Assembly: GCA_025603075.1 (NCBI GenBank)
Contig: MU626271.1
Location: 1-64,000, forward strand
DNA: 64,000 bases
Source: Neoconidiobolus thromboides FSU 785
Lineage: Eukaryota > Fungi > Entomophthoromycota
Direction: 5' to 3'
Part shown: piece by piece, positions 1 to 12,113 of the stretch
How positions within the stretch are numbered: position 1 is the stretch's first letter
How the letters are laid out: each line of letters starts with the position of its first letter
Notes under the pieces: model-generated
What the model was told of the DNA's origin: nothing
What the model saw: the letters and a program-made list of their open reading frames with translations, nothing else
Databases searched by the model: none
Translations under genes and position numbers: made by a program

Positions 1-446
1 ATACCGGTATCAAGTACATAAACATCTACTCCTTGACCAGTTTCAGAAACATATCTATATTCACCTTTAACAGCATCAGTATATTTTTTAGCAGATGAAA
101 TACGAGTTAAACCCCATGGAGCATCAGATTGTAAAGCATTGGCGCTGTACTTTTCGTCTTGGAAAATTTCCTTAACTTCAGGTTGAGTTTTAATCCAATT
201 TTGTAATTCTTGAGAAAAATCACCAGAATAACCGCTAAAAACAGCATCATACTTGTGGTTAATTACATTTTGTGGGGCAATACGAGAATTTCCATTCAAT
301 TCTTGAATCTTTGCGCCAAGGTTAGCATAATGGGTTTCGCTTGGTGGAGCTAAACGAGAGTTATTTTCCTTAAATTGAACGATATAGCGTTCGGCACTAA
401 TAGCAGAGAGTAAAGTAGAGGCGATTAATAAAAGATTAAATTGCAT
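1..446 (-). CDS. Secreted subtilisin (S8, proteinase K-like) with I9 propeptide; 5' part only, runs off the window
   Basis: Hand translation from ATG 446: signal peptide MQFNLLLIASTLLSAISA, then RYIVQFK...DAPWGLTRISS...GQGVDVYVLDTG (catalytic Asp motif). No stop codon down to position 1. Confidence 0.93.
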   Translation of the reverse strand, partial: MQFNLLLIASTLLSAISAERYIVQFKENNSRLAPPSETHYANLGAKIQELNGNSRIAPQNVINHKYDAVFSGYSGDFSQELQNWIKTQPEVKEIFQDEKYSANALQSDAPWGLTRISSAKKYTDAVKGEYRYVSETGQGVDVYVLDTG

Positions 447-2177
447 ATTGACTGATAAATTTCAATTTGGTGTGTTTCATTTTGAAGAAAAAGTGCCCGT
501 TTATATACTATTTCCTTTGATACATAATTTGATAAGTATGTTGGAATGTTAACACTTATTTGCCAACAAATTTGTATAAAATAAGGTGATCTATATTTAG
601 CAAATTTGGATCTAGTATTTTCTAATTTTTTCAACTTTTACGTGAATCAAGTGATTGTTGCATCTTCTTTCGAAAAAATAATGCGAGCATGACCACTTTT
701 TTCTGCAATGACCTTTTTTAAAAAAAACAAGGTTATCTAATAACTCTACTTTAATACCACATTAGTTAATTATAATGTGACCTCAAAGTTAATTTAGCAA
801 AATAAATAGTAAATTGTATAAAATTTAGTAAAATAGCTAAATTTTGTATAATGGCGCTTATTAATAATATATAGTTCTTTTAATGACGAAATAGTTTAAT
901 ATAATTATCAACTATTCCTTATACAATACTTTAAAAGAATCTATACCGGAATCACTTTTTCCTTCAAGTATTCTAATATTTATTATAGAAAACAAAATTT
1001 AAAAGATACCAGTTAAAGACTGAAGCAAGAAAAACATTCCCACGCCAATATAATAAGCGATCCTTACATCTGCAATTTATACAATAAATACTGTATTTTT
1101 ATGATTGGATCAAATAATATGAACATGAATATATAATACTTAATTAAGAGTAATGATCAATTAATACTTTAAAAAATAACCATTGTGCGCTAGTATTTAA
1201 TAAAAGAAATGACAAAAAATGTGACCTATTAAATAGAAAATATCCTCATAACTCAATACAAACTGATGTTATATTTTATGAGATTAACTGTATTATTTGG
1301 CAGTTAAACATTGCTATTGTTATTTTATAAATCAAGATTTTTTAAAGAACATCTTTTTAAATAAAATATAGCGTCATGTGTAAAGAGTTATTTGTAATAT
1401 TTACAGAAATAAATTTTACATCAGATGTTTTAAAATATCTTTGATTGCGCACTAAGATATTGCAATGCAAATAAAACAAAGTAAAATAGTGAAATGTGAA
1501 CAATTAGTACATTTATAAAACCAAAAAAAGCAATTAATGTATAATCATTAATCACTTTCTATATGCTAAAATTTTATTATATGAATCCTATATAATATTA
1601 ATATTTATAATAAACTTATTTCATTATTTATTTAAAATGCTTTATCAATATTGTATAAACTTTAGCATTACAAATTATAAAGTTTCTAATGTGAATTTAG
1701 TATTATTTTAATATTTTATCAAATGCTCCTGACTGAAGTGCATCATATTCTGCTCGTAAAATGTAAAATAAAACCTTCTTAGTAAAGTACTTTAATAAAC
1801 AAGCCAGTTAGTTAAATTGCTGGTAAAATTTAGCTAAAATAAAATTTAAACTATAATAAATAATTTATTTATAAAGTACTACATGTATAGATAGTAATTG
1901 GTCTAGGTAAATAAATATTGTGTTTACTTATCTGACATATTCAATATTAGTATAATAAACTAATCTATGTTCAAGATTCAAGGATAAAGTTGAAACCTAA
2001 TTATACCAATTACATGTAAAAACTAACATCCTTTAATTTATTAAATTATTGTATATAAGGTTCCGCTAGATAAAAATCGCCACAATAATAATACCAACAG
2101 TAACTAATGTTATCGTACATAATAAATCTAATCATTAACTATCATTATAGAGGACAAGCTTTTAATAGGAAACAAAT

Positions 2178-2275
2178 GGGGATGTATTTTTGTGTTTAAG
2201 AATTTTACTAACAATCTTTCTACTTAAATAGCGTTTAAAAAATGGAAAAGTAATAAAATCAAAAAAAACATCCCC
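2178..2275. mobile_element. ~98-bp MITE family A, copy 1
   Basis: TIRs GGGGATGTATTTTTG / CAAAAAAAACATCCCC, AAAT on both flanks, shared core TTACTAAC...AAATAGCG. Confidence 0.85.
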
Positions 2276-3383
2276 AAATATTAAAACTTATAACACTTGA
2301 TCTTTTTTATTAAAAAATCTTGAAGAAGTCGAAGGCTCTCAAGTATGTTATTTTTTGGAGGTAGGAGTACTTTTAGCAATTTAAGATTGTTGATATAAAA
2401 TCAGTGAGTGTAACTTTTATGTAAATTGATGGCACTACCAATATTAACAAAATAATCAAAAACTGAGCTAATTTTAACGGTAGAAGTAGCTCTTAGATTA
2501 TAAAGTTTTAATTCTTTTGCATTATATTCTAACAAACTATATGTATCTATTCTAGAGCTTTTGTGTTATTTATATTTTAATATTTTCGAGTCTCAATTAT
2601 TTTTTTAAACTATTTTAAAAACATAGCGTTTTATTGTTATTGACTTTATTTCACAATATTATTTAAAAAACTGTTTATTTTTTATGTTAAATAAGAGATG
2701 TATAAAAAAACTAATAACACAGATTTTCTAAAAATTTCACTAAAATTTGTAATAATAAAAACTCAATGGATGATTGTAAGGTATCTGTGTCTGGCTAATT
2801 AATATGCTCTTTTAATAATAGATTTGACTGTTACCCATTATTAAATTAATATTTAAGTAATAATAGTTAGCATTTATATAAAACTTTCTATGGTTGTTAT
2901 CATACTATATTGTATTGTTTCAAATTTGCATAAATTGCATTGAATATAAAATGGGCAAATAATTTCTGTTACATAAAATTGGGTTACTTTATTTTATTTA
3001 ACATTATACAAGAATATCACGTTTGATACCTCAATGTAGATAAAGGTGATTACAAAATATGCTCAAAAACATCAATGTGTTTTAATGTGATGTAATAATA
3101 AGAGGAAACATGAGTGCATATAGGATAGGTTATTATAATCATTCTAACATCAGCTACATATAAAGTACATCTAGAGTACGAAATAATTAGGAAGGTGAGT
3201 ATAAAACAAATAACTAGGGTTATATGAAGGATTATGGGAGTAAAAATGTGGAAATTGAATTATGCATGAATTAACCTTAATAGTTTAATGTGAAATATTA
3301 TTAATTTTAAAACTTTTCCCAATATTTCGCAATTTTAAGCCAGAAATAAAGAAAATATTTAAAATAGCATTGTAATCAAATTA

Positions 3384-3548
3384 CAGCTACTGCAGCTATA
3401 TCGCGATATAGTTTGCGGTAATTTTTGGAGCTAATTATAAGCATTTTTGGATTTTCTAATACTTAATCCTTAGATTTTAGCCAGATTTTATTAAGCTTTC
3501 CTTCTTAAACAAATAGTTAACTGTGTCGCAATAGAACTACAGTAGCTG
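3384..3548. mobile_element. 165-bp TA-flanked MITE (Tc1/mariner-pogo type), family B
   Basis: 23-bp TIRs CAGCTACTGCAGCTATATCGCGA vs revcomp CAGCTACTGTAGTTCTATTGCGA (19/23 identical); TA on both flanks. Confidence 0.65.
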
Positions 3549-4099
3549 TACTAATGATCGAATTTTTATTTCAAATCTAAGACACTAAATATAAAATTCA
3601 TGTAATTTATTCAAATATTGATGAGTTTAGACTAATTAAATAATGTTATTTATTTATTTTCAAATACAATTTTAAGCCCATTGTTGCTTTTTAATGTTAA
3701 GAATAAATTGAGTTGTAATAATATAATTTTGTCCTGTTATGGCTCGATTAAAATATAAAATCCTCTTGTTTTTAGTCATAAAGTAAGAGACAATGATCAC
3801 TTTTTATTAACATTTTGTATACAGTTAAAATATCTTGTTTATTTTAGGCTAATTGAAATATATTTTTTAACGAAAATATTTAAAAATAAATTTTCGTTGA
3901 ACATAATTTAGTTCAAATTTTTCCTAACTTTCAAAACAATATATACATAAATATATATTAAATAATTTATTCTATTACAAAGAAATGAATATTTATTTTT
4001 TGTTTTAATAAATAGTAACAATAGATGATTGTTTGGTCTAAGGAAAGTTATATACATTTTAGAAGGGAGTATATTAAAAAAGAAGGTAAAAATTATTAA

Positions 4100-4711
4100 T
4101 TAATGGATGGTAAATCGGCTAGATTTTTTCTTAAAATCTTTCAAGCGTACATCATCTTTAGCAATCTTGGGAGTAAGTGTGATTCTTAAAGTAGGCTTAC
4201 TTTCTTTTTCATTTAAAAACCCATTTAATAGTACTTCGTCAAAATTGTTATTTTCTTTAATCTTTAACTTCCCAATTTCCAATTCTAACGCTGATTCAAT
4301 ACTATTCCTTCTACTTGTCGTTTTTTCACAAAAATCAACATCTCTTTTCTTTTTGGAAAATCTAAATGAGAATGCTCTAGGCCATAAATTTATCCCACTC
4401 TTATCACCAAAGTTACTCCTACTACTTACGCTTGATAAAGTAATTTCGCTTGCCAATGAAGTTACAGATTGATTATGAGTAGTAGTATTCACTGGACTTT
4501 CTTCTTTTAACATATCCAGTAATGATAAACTGTCATCAAAATCATCGTCCTCTTCTTCGTTAATTTTTTTTATAAAGTCGAATCTTTGTTTTTCTAATGG
4601 TAGGCCAATAGTTGATTTTGGACGAGCTCCTTTATTTTTATTTAAATAGTGGATATCTTCAACTTTAATATCTTTGATAAATAAACTTTTCCTTCTTGAA
4701 GAGTTCGACAT
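4100..4711 (-). CDS. Hypothetical intronless protein (203 aa), S/K/D-rich
   Basis: ORF track; codon use and composition resemble real genes; CCAAT box about 150 bp upstream; no domain recognised. Confidence 0.65.
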   Translation of the reverse strand: MSNSSRRKSLFIKDIKVEDIHYLNKNKGARPKSTIGLPLEKQRFDFIKKINEEEDDDFDDSLSLLDMLKEESPVNTTTHNQSVTSLASEITLSSVSSRSNFGDKSGINLWPRAFSFRFSKKKRDVDFCEKTTSRRNSIESALELEIGKLKIKENNNFDEVLLNGFLNEKESKPTLRITLTPKIAKDDVRLKDFKKKSSRFTIH

Positions 4712-4859
4712 TCTTTAAAAAATAGCCATGAATTTATTTTTATCTTATTTATATACTCTTCTTTTTATCCACACATTGTTATATTCATTAACCATGAGCT
4801 TATAACATGATTTATTTGGAATAAAGCATCAAGTTTTACTTGGCTTTAATTCAGTCTTG

Positions 4860-4868
4860 ATTGGCTGA
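4860..4868 (-). promoter_or_regulatory. CCAAT box (TCAGCCAAT)
   Basis: NF-Y/HAP-type consensus about 150 bp upstream of ATG 4711. Confidence 0.4.
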
Positions 4869-6275
4869 TACCGTTAATAATGAAAATTTGAAGTCATGCA
4901 TAAATTTATATTAAATTTTTGCTGAAAAAACAACACAAATTTCCTAAATTTAACAAGTGAGGCTAAAAAAATTACAAAAAAAAAGATTATTGGAAATTTT
5001 AAAAACTCAAGTTTGGTGGCAAATTAAAGGATAAAAAGGGGAATTATTTACAAATATTCTCATCTTTTAGCCTATTAAAGTAGCTATTATATAAAATAAT
5101 AATAATATATTATTGTTATATATTATTGTTATACTATTGTTGCATGCCAGATTACTTCACTTTGTTTTCTTAATGGCACCCATCTTCTATCAATGGTCCT
5201 TTATTAAATGCCTTCATAGTTATTTCGCTAATTTTACTAAAATTCAATAATATAAATACACACTATTTAGTGTTATTTATCACCCTTACCTACAGTTTAA
5301 AGTAGATGATGTCAAGTAAAAAAATTATCCCAAATTTACAGAAGAATTTTATTTTTGCCTCCGCTTATCCCTTTAATTAGAGGTTTTTAATTTTGTTATT
5401 TTAACTTTGTAATTTTTTTAGTAATTTGTAATTTATTTGAATCATTATTCAGCTAAATGAAGCCCTGATTCGACTATAAGTTTATACGAATAATTATTAA
5501 TTGAATAACTAGTGTTAAAATTACCATGAAAAAGTTAACTATTAATACATTTAAAAATAAATTTTATAAAGTAACGGGCAATAATTTTTGTTTCACATAA
5601 AAATAGATTAGCCTAGCTTCAAATCAGCTACAATTTATTTACCACCTATTTAGTTTCATAGTTTAAAATTTAATTTACCCCATTTTTACTTAGCTCGTTT
5701 TAGCTTTTATTCGCAACTATTGAATCTTTTATACAAAAATTCCTTATCATTTGCATCCTTATTTATTGTATCTGCCCTGATATTTACCCATATAATGTAG
5801 TATGATAAAAATTTACGTATATTGTTCCTTACTCGTATTGTTTTCGAAATAATACTTAAAGCGACACCCAAGATGGTTTGTTGAAAAATCAACTAGCAGA
5901 TTTAAGAAGGTATAAATATACTTTTTATTATTTTATTTCAAATTGTAGCTGTGAATTGGGATTGAATTATTGTTTTTATAAAAGTTCGTCTTAATAAATG
6001 TCATTAAATAATAATAGTTAAACAAGTATACTATAGCTTCCAATAGATTTCTAATAAAGTTTCATCTAGGAAATACTTCAATTCTAAATTATCTAGTTTC
6101 AAAGATAATACTTAGCTTTTGTAATAGTAATTATTTATGTTTAAAGATTTTAAAAATATCAAACGGAATAAATAAAATAACGGTATTATATGGGTGATAA
6201 AATAAAACTCATCCAAAGATCCAAAGATAACGTAAATATATTCATTGTCAGATATAAAATAAAAATTTAATATTT

Positions 6276-6373
6276 GGGGATATATTTTTATGTTTAAGAG
6301 TTTTACTAACAAATTTTCCACTTAAATAGCGCTTAAAAAATGGAAAAAATAACGAAGTCAAAAAAACACTGCC
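6276..6373. mobile_element. MITE family A, copy 2
   Basis: GGGGATATATTTTT...AAAAAACACTGCC with ATTT on both flanks. Confidence 0.85.
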
Positions 6374-7286
6374 ATTTCCTAGTTTAATAACTAATCTATA
6401 AGTGAAATTCTAAAAAGTGAAAATTTATGATTAAAAATTGACTGATAGAAGCTAATACTGCAATATATAACAAATTCATTTATTAAGTGATTAATTAAAT
6501 ATAGCATTAATACAAAAATCAAGAATCATTTATAGTATAATTTAATTCATGAATATATAAAATGTAAATTCTAAACACTTTTGATTAGGATTTCAGTTGA
6601 ATTAAATGCTATGAACGCATTTTACTTATAACTACTGAAACACTCATAGAAAATTTTGTAGGAGCTGAAGATTCCTAAGTGTTTTGTTATTATGGAAAAA
6701 GTTTAAATTGATAGATTGACTTATAAAACTATATAGGAGGGATTATTGAAAACATTAATGAGTGTGAAACTTTAGGGATAAAGGGCATTATAATTATACT
6801 TTGTTATGTTAGAACTTTCCAGAAAAGCTGGTATGAAATATACATCTAATACAAACATAAAATACAATGACTATAAATTGATCATTAATTTAGGGTGCTT
6901 CAATAGGAAAACGATTAACACTAACGTTTTATCCCAACTCTCAATAATTACTACTATCATAAAAATGTGACAATAAATCTTTTTACATGAATGCTAAGTT
7001 TCAGCCTTTTTTAAGTTTATTGATTACAAATGGTCTTCAGCTTTCTGAGTAAAATTTAGCCAGATGATTTATTAAAATAACGATAAATCAAAATAATAAC
7101 AAAGGGAATTTTGTATATTAGCAATGACAATGAATAGAAGTCGTCTAGTAATAATACTAAATCAAATCAAAACGTTAAATTCAAAAGCATTACAAATAAA
7201 TAGAATAAAATTATGATTTTTTAACTAAAATAAAGCAGTAAAAATAACATCTTAATGGTAGATGTTTTTAAGATAAAGTTCCACTT

Positions 7287-7845
7287 CTAATTTCTTTGAT
7301 AAGCCGGAGGCGAATTAGTGGCATGTTGATAATTTGGAGGGGGTAAAATATGAGTAGTTAATTCTATACTTTGTTCGCCAATTCTTTCATTCCAGGCAAA
7401 TTCCTCTACCAATTTTTTGTTCAACCTAATGAATGTTTGAGTATCTTTTATTGATACAAGGAAGTAAATAAAGTACTATAAGAAGATTAATAAAATTATA
7501 AAAAAATATGAAGTGAGTTACATATGTTTGGTGGCCTAATAAGAGTAAAAACAAGATAAATATAGAAGCAAAATTAATAAAGAAATATAAAGATGAAGGA
7601 TCAAAAATGTATAGTGCAATAGAAAAAACAACAAAATAAAGTGATGAAAGTAGTAATAACCTTACAGTATAGGTTATTATTAACACTTTCCGTAATTGTA
7701 GCTTGGAACTATCATCTCCCTGAATCATTGTTTTTGTTATTACAAAAGTAATTTCCGTACTTGCTATATAATTGGATTTTAACTTTATGCTAATATTTGA
7801 TTCTTGGGGATTTGATCCTAATGGTGGCGAAAGTTCAGTTGGCAT
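7287..7845 (-). CDS. Small multi-TM membrane protein with two C-terminal PPxY motifs (about 170 aa)
   Basis: Exons 7845-7522 and 7475-7287; 46-nt intron GTAACT...TAG. Splicing keeps the frame and ends LPPPNYQHATNSPPAYQRN*. The start codon (7845, versus upstream ATGs) is uncertain. Confidence 0.65.
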
Positions 7846-8226
7846 TATCATGATTCGATTGATAAATATAACAAAATATTTAGGAAGCAAAAAAATTTGT
7901 ATTTTTTTAATATAATGATTACACAATCTAATTTTATACTGCTTTTTTATTGGATAGTAAAGTAAAATTGGTTTTCTTTATTTCTTGGCTCAAAACAGGA
8001 AATGAAAAATATTAGAACATTAATTGAAGACGCTTTTGGGAGGGCTCTCATGAAATTAAATTATTCGAAATCAGAAGTTTAATTCACCAAGAAAGTCTTT
8101 TGCTTTAGCAGTATATGTTTATTTAAACCAGTTTTTTAACAATAAGATCTTTGACATCGTTTTGTTACTTTAATTCACTATTAAATAGACAAATTTCGCT
8201 TAAAATGTATTCAATGTAAAATACAT

Positions 8227-8319
8227 CAGGGTGTTTTTTGACTTCACTTTTTTCATTTTTAAGCATTATTTGAGTGGAAAATTTGTTAGTAAAATTCTTA
8301 AACACAAAAATATACCCAC
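8227..8319. mobile_element. MITE family A, copy 3 (reverse, eroded ends)
   Basis: TGTTTTTTGACTTCA...ATTTGAGTGGAAAATTTGTTAGTAAAATTCTTAAACACAAAAAT matches the other copies. Confidence 0.8.
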
Positions 8320-10400
8320 ATTCATATTCACCTTTATTTAAAACCGTTGTAGTTGAATATTTAAAATAACAAGAAATTGTTATTAATTTATAGAAGATAT
8401 TATTAATGATAGAAAGATAGTAAATTGTTCATCACATTCTTCAATAATAATATTGATCATAATAAAATAAACATGATTGAGCATCGGATAATGGATTGAG
8501 TAAGTAATATTTTAACTTCAATGACCATATATATTAGTTACGAATCTTAGCATTATACGACAGCATAATATATCTTCATTAAAGCTACTTAAAATATATT
8601 TACCACAACTATCAAAGCTACAAAGGTTATTAGTTTTTACTTATTTGAGCTGATTTAGATAATACACATCATTAAAGGAATTCATTTTTGATTTAGGCAA
8701 TAAGAACAGTGAGGAACTTATAAGATTGAAATGAGAGTGAGAAACAGGAACTGTTTCAAATTTTTGTCTGATCTTTATAAGAAGTGAATATTCATGTAAC
8801 TTATATTCGACCTTTCTAAACTTATTTTAATCAAAGGCTTACTTTAATTGGATATAGTTCTTTTAACAACAAATAGTCTACTGCTTTTAAAAGCTTTTAA
8901 GATATAACAATAAGTAATCTCATATTGCTATCGAATATAGCTGCAATATAAGATATATTTAGATTTGGTGAACTAAATATCGAATAAATTAATTGGAGTA
9001 ACAACAATATGACTATTGATTGAAAGGCTAGTTAGCTTTAAAAAACATTCATTGTTTATAGCGTTACTCCCCAATTTTATTTTGTTAAGCTCTAGATACT
9101 TCAAACTAGATATCCAGCAAATTCTACATCATTTATTTAACAACTTCGACTCTTCTAAATTAGGCATATAATTAATTTATTTTTAATGAAGTAATTTTAT
9201 ATATGCATATATTGTCAATGCTGAAATGTCTCAAATGTTTAATTTAAACAGTTTCGGTATATTTTATATACTAAGTTAGCTTTATTAATTGATGCCTTTG
9301 ATGGAATAACGTAGTTTATTCTGTTTAAAAGCTATCATCAATTGAGTAAATTTCCTGTCTAAATATAACATTAAATATGATAGGTCTGTGTAAATAATGG
9401 TAATAAAAATTAAAAACTACTAATTGATTTTACTATGCTTAGATGCTTGACTTTACTTATTTGCTATTGGATGACTATATATATACATTAAAGTTTGGCT
9501 TTTTGTTTATCGAAAACTTGAGTTTTTTAAATGCACTTATCCTTGAACAAAAACAGTGAATCTATTTTGAAAACAAGAAAGTTTAGTTCAATTCAGCAAA
9601 AGAATAGAATTTGAGGACGTCCGGGAGAAATTTAAGGAAGTCAAGATCGATATTCCTTTATAGGGCTTGAAAGCGAGGACAAGCAAGTGGTTCCTTTCTC
9701 TTTTAATAAGAGACATCCACTTTAAGAAGAGGACTAAGTGGGGTCTGGAGAAAATTTTCAATTTTAAGGCAAAAATAAATATTTTTTGTATTAAATTTTT
9801 GTATTAATCTTAATCTTTTTAATAACAATAATTAAATCGCTATTTATACTTTTGGTAGTCATACCTTAATAAAACCAGTATTGATATTTGATACTTTATA
9901 AAACAATAAGTTAATCAAAATAAATAAAATTGGAGTAGATAAAAAAGTGCCAATCAAATGATTAAATCGGCTAACTAAACTCAAATCTTAATTGAAAAAC
10001 AAATCAAGTTTAACCGTCCAAAATTAAAGGTTTGAAATGGAAGAACAGAATAAGGAAAATAAAAATAAGGAAAAGAGGAGCAATGAAGTAATGTATTTAG
10101 ACAATGAATACAAATTCAGTGACGAAAAAGAAGATACTGAAGGCATTTCCGAACTTATTTATGTTTTAGAAACAACGAATTTGGAGAATAGATCCGATTT
10201 TATGCCATATATATCCTAACTACCAAGCTCATCTACTAGGTTAAATGCTTAAAAGCGTAAAGGTAGAGTAGCTCGAAATTTTATCAAAACATAACTGAAA
10301 TGTATTTATGTATTTGTAGTTATTTCACAAATTAGATATCCCCTATTTTATATAATAAAAATAAGTTTTTTTATTATCATAAAACTAAATTTCATTTTAT

Positions 10401-11563
10401 TTATGATCTTAATGAATTATAATGCGCACCAAGTGAATAGTAATGTGTATGATAGCTAAATAATTAGAGTCAATCTTATTTTAGATTTAAACAAATACCT
10501 TAATAGTAGAGCATCATTAGTATTCTCACCCTCTGGTCCAATAGTAAGTGGAGCTTGGTTCGCCTGGTAAACTTTAATAGGAATCTTTAAACTTTTTGCA
10601 ATCGCAAGTATCTAAATAAATAAATAATATAGATAAAAACAAAAATAGCTGTTACTTCTAACTCGCCACCCCAAATAGCAGTCTTCTCAATATCACTACA
10701 ATATTTCGAGAATGTAACTAATAGATAATAAATTAAATGCAAAAAAAAGTGATAAAATTACTTTCAAGGTCTTCATCTGTGAATGGGATATACGGTAAAA
10801 AGTCATCCTTATTTTCACGAATAAATTTAGCAGCTAACGACCTTAATTCTTTATAGTTATACTGTACATTTTTATTAAAAAAACTTTAGTAATTGATATA
10901 TATATTACTTGCTTATTGTGACGTAGTTCTAATTGATCAGAAATGGCATTGAAAAGGCAATGCCCATCAGGTTTGATTTGAGATACTTTCAATCCTAATG
11001 GTTGAATTATAGCCTCGATTTCCTCTTCCTCCTTAGCTTTTAAATCAGGCTGGTTAAGCGCCTCCTGTTCTGCTTCCTCGATTTGTTTTAAAAGCTCTGC
11101 TTCTTTACGTTCCTATTGTTTTTAGCTATAATATATTATAATTATAGGTCTTACTTTTCTTTCTTTTTGTCGATTTCGTTTTGGTTTTGTAATTTCTTTT
11201 TCATCCTCTTTATCTTCTACTCCGATTCCTTTTATTTCCTCTTCTTTTTCCTATTTAAATTAGTAAATAATTATACAATAAAAGGCCTCTAACCTGATTT
11301 ATTTCTACTTCATTTTTCTTTTCAGATTCTAAAAGCACTAAATTCAATTCATAAAATTCCTGCTCATGTTTAATTTCTAAATCTTTAATCAACAAATCGA
11401 CTTTATTTTGAATTGCTTTCTCTTGTTTCTTATCAATCTTCTTACTCTTTCCTTTTAATGGCTTTTTTAATTGCTCAACTTTTTTACCTAATGCTTCTTT
11501 CTCTGCTTTGTGCTTTTTTTCCAATTCTTCTAAGCTTAATATTGTATGGTTGTTATCTTCCAT
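10401..11563 (-). CDS. OTU2: OTU-domain deubiquitinase (OTUD6B/Otu2-like)
   Basis: Spliced translation gives IKPDGHCLFNAISDQL (catalytic Cys), TAIWGGELE and YHTHYYSLGAHYNSL* (catalytic His), plus a charged coiled-coil N-terminus. Confidence 0.92.
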
Positions 11564-12113
11564 GCTGGTATTAAAATTAAAGAAAGTTGTTCGTATTTTT
11601 GCTGCCCTTTATAACTATTCGCAATTTTAAGATAAAACATTTTTATGTATTGAGATATAACTTTAGAGAATTCAATATCATCATTAATAAATTGATAAAA
11701 ATTTAACCATCATATCAAAAAATATTATTTTTCAAGTGTTTATTATTGTATTTAGTAAAGACTTTCCAGCTAAAAAGCCAAGGACAGTCTTATTTCAAAA
11801 AATTACGCCAACAAAATCATCTTGATGTCGATTCTATGAGTTTAGAAAACTCAGGAGAATAGATCTCCTTGGCCCTTTTTAAAGTCAAATACTGCAAGTC
11901 GATTAGATATTTATGCTGCCGCGCCTCTTTATACTAATTTTGAAATTGTGGGTTTATAGCTATTACTACCTTTAAACTGTCTATGTATTTCCACTATCCA
12001 AATATTTAGTAACTAAGTCAAATATTATAGACGTTATTTTAGCCTCAACTCTTCAAATTTACAATTAATCATTAATTCTAATTCTAACAATATTTATACA
12101 TTTATTTAACTTT

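Noticed and set aside
425-634. Short ORFs in AT-rich spacers (also 5707, 6112, 14719, 18130)
   Set aside because: No recognisable motifs; some run through MITE copies; consistent with chance.
4107-4472. Antisense or shadow ORFs (also 12137, 19961, 22845, 30772, 47762, 62923)
   Set aside because: They overlap better-supported genes and have no features of their own.
5354-5369. Similarity to the SPPAY-coding sequence at 7298-7314
   Set aside because: Only about 16 bp with an indel and no extended homology.
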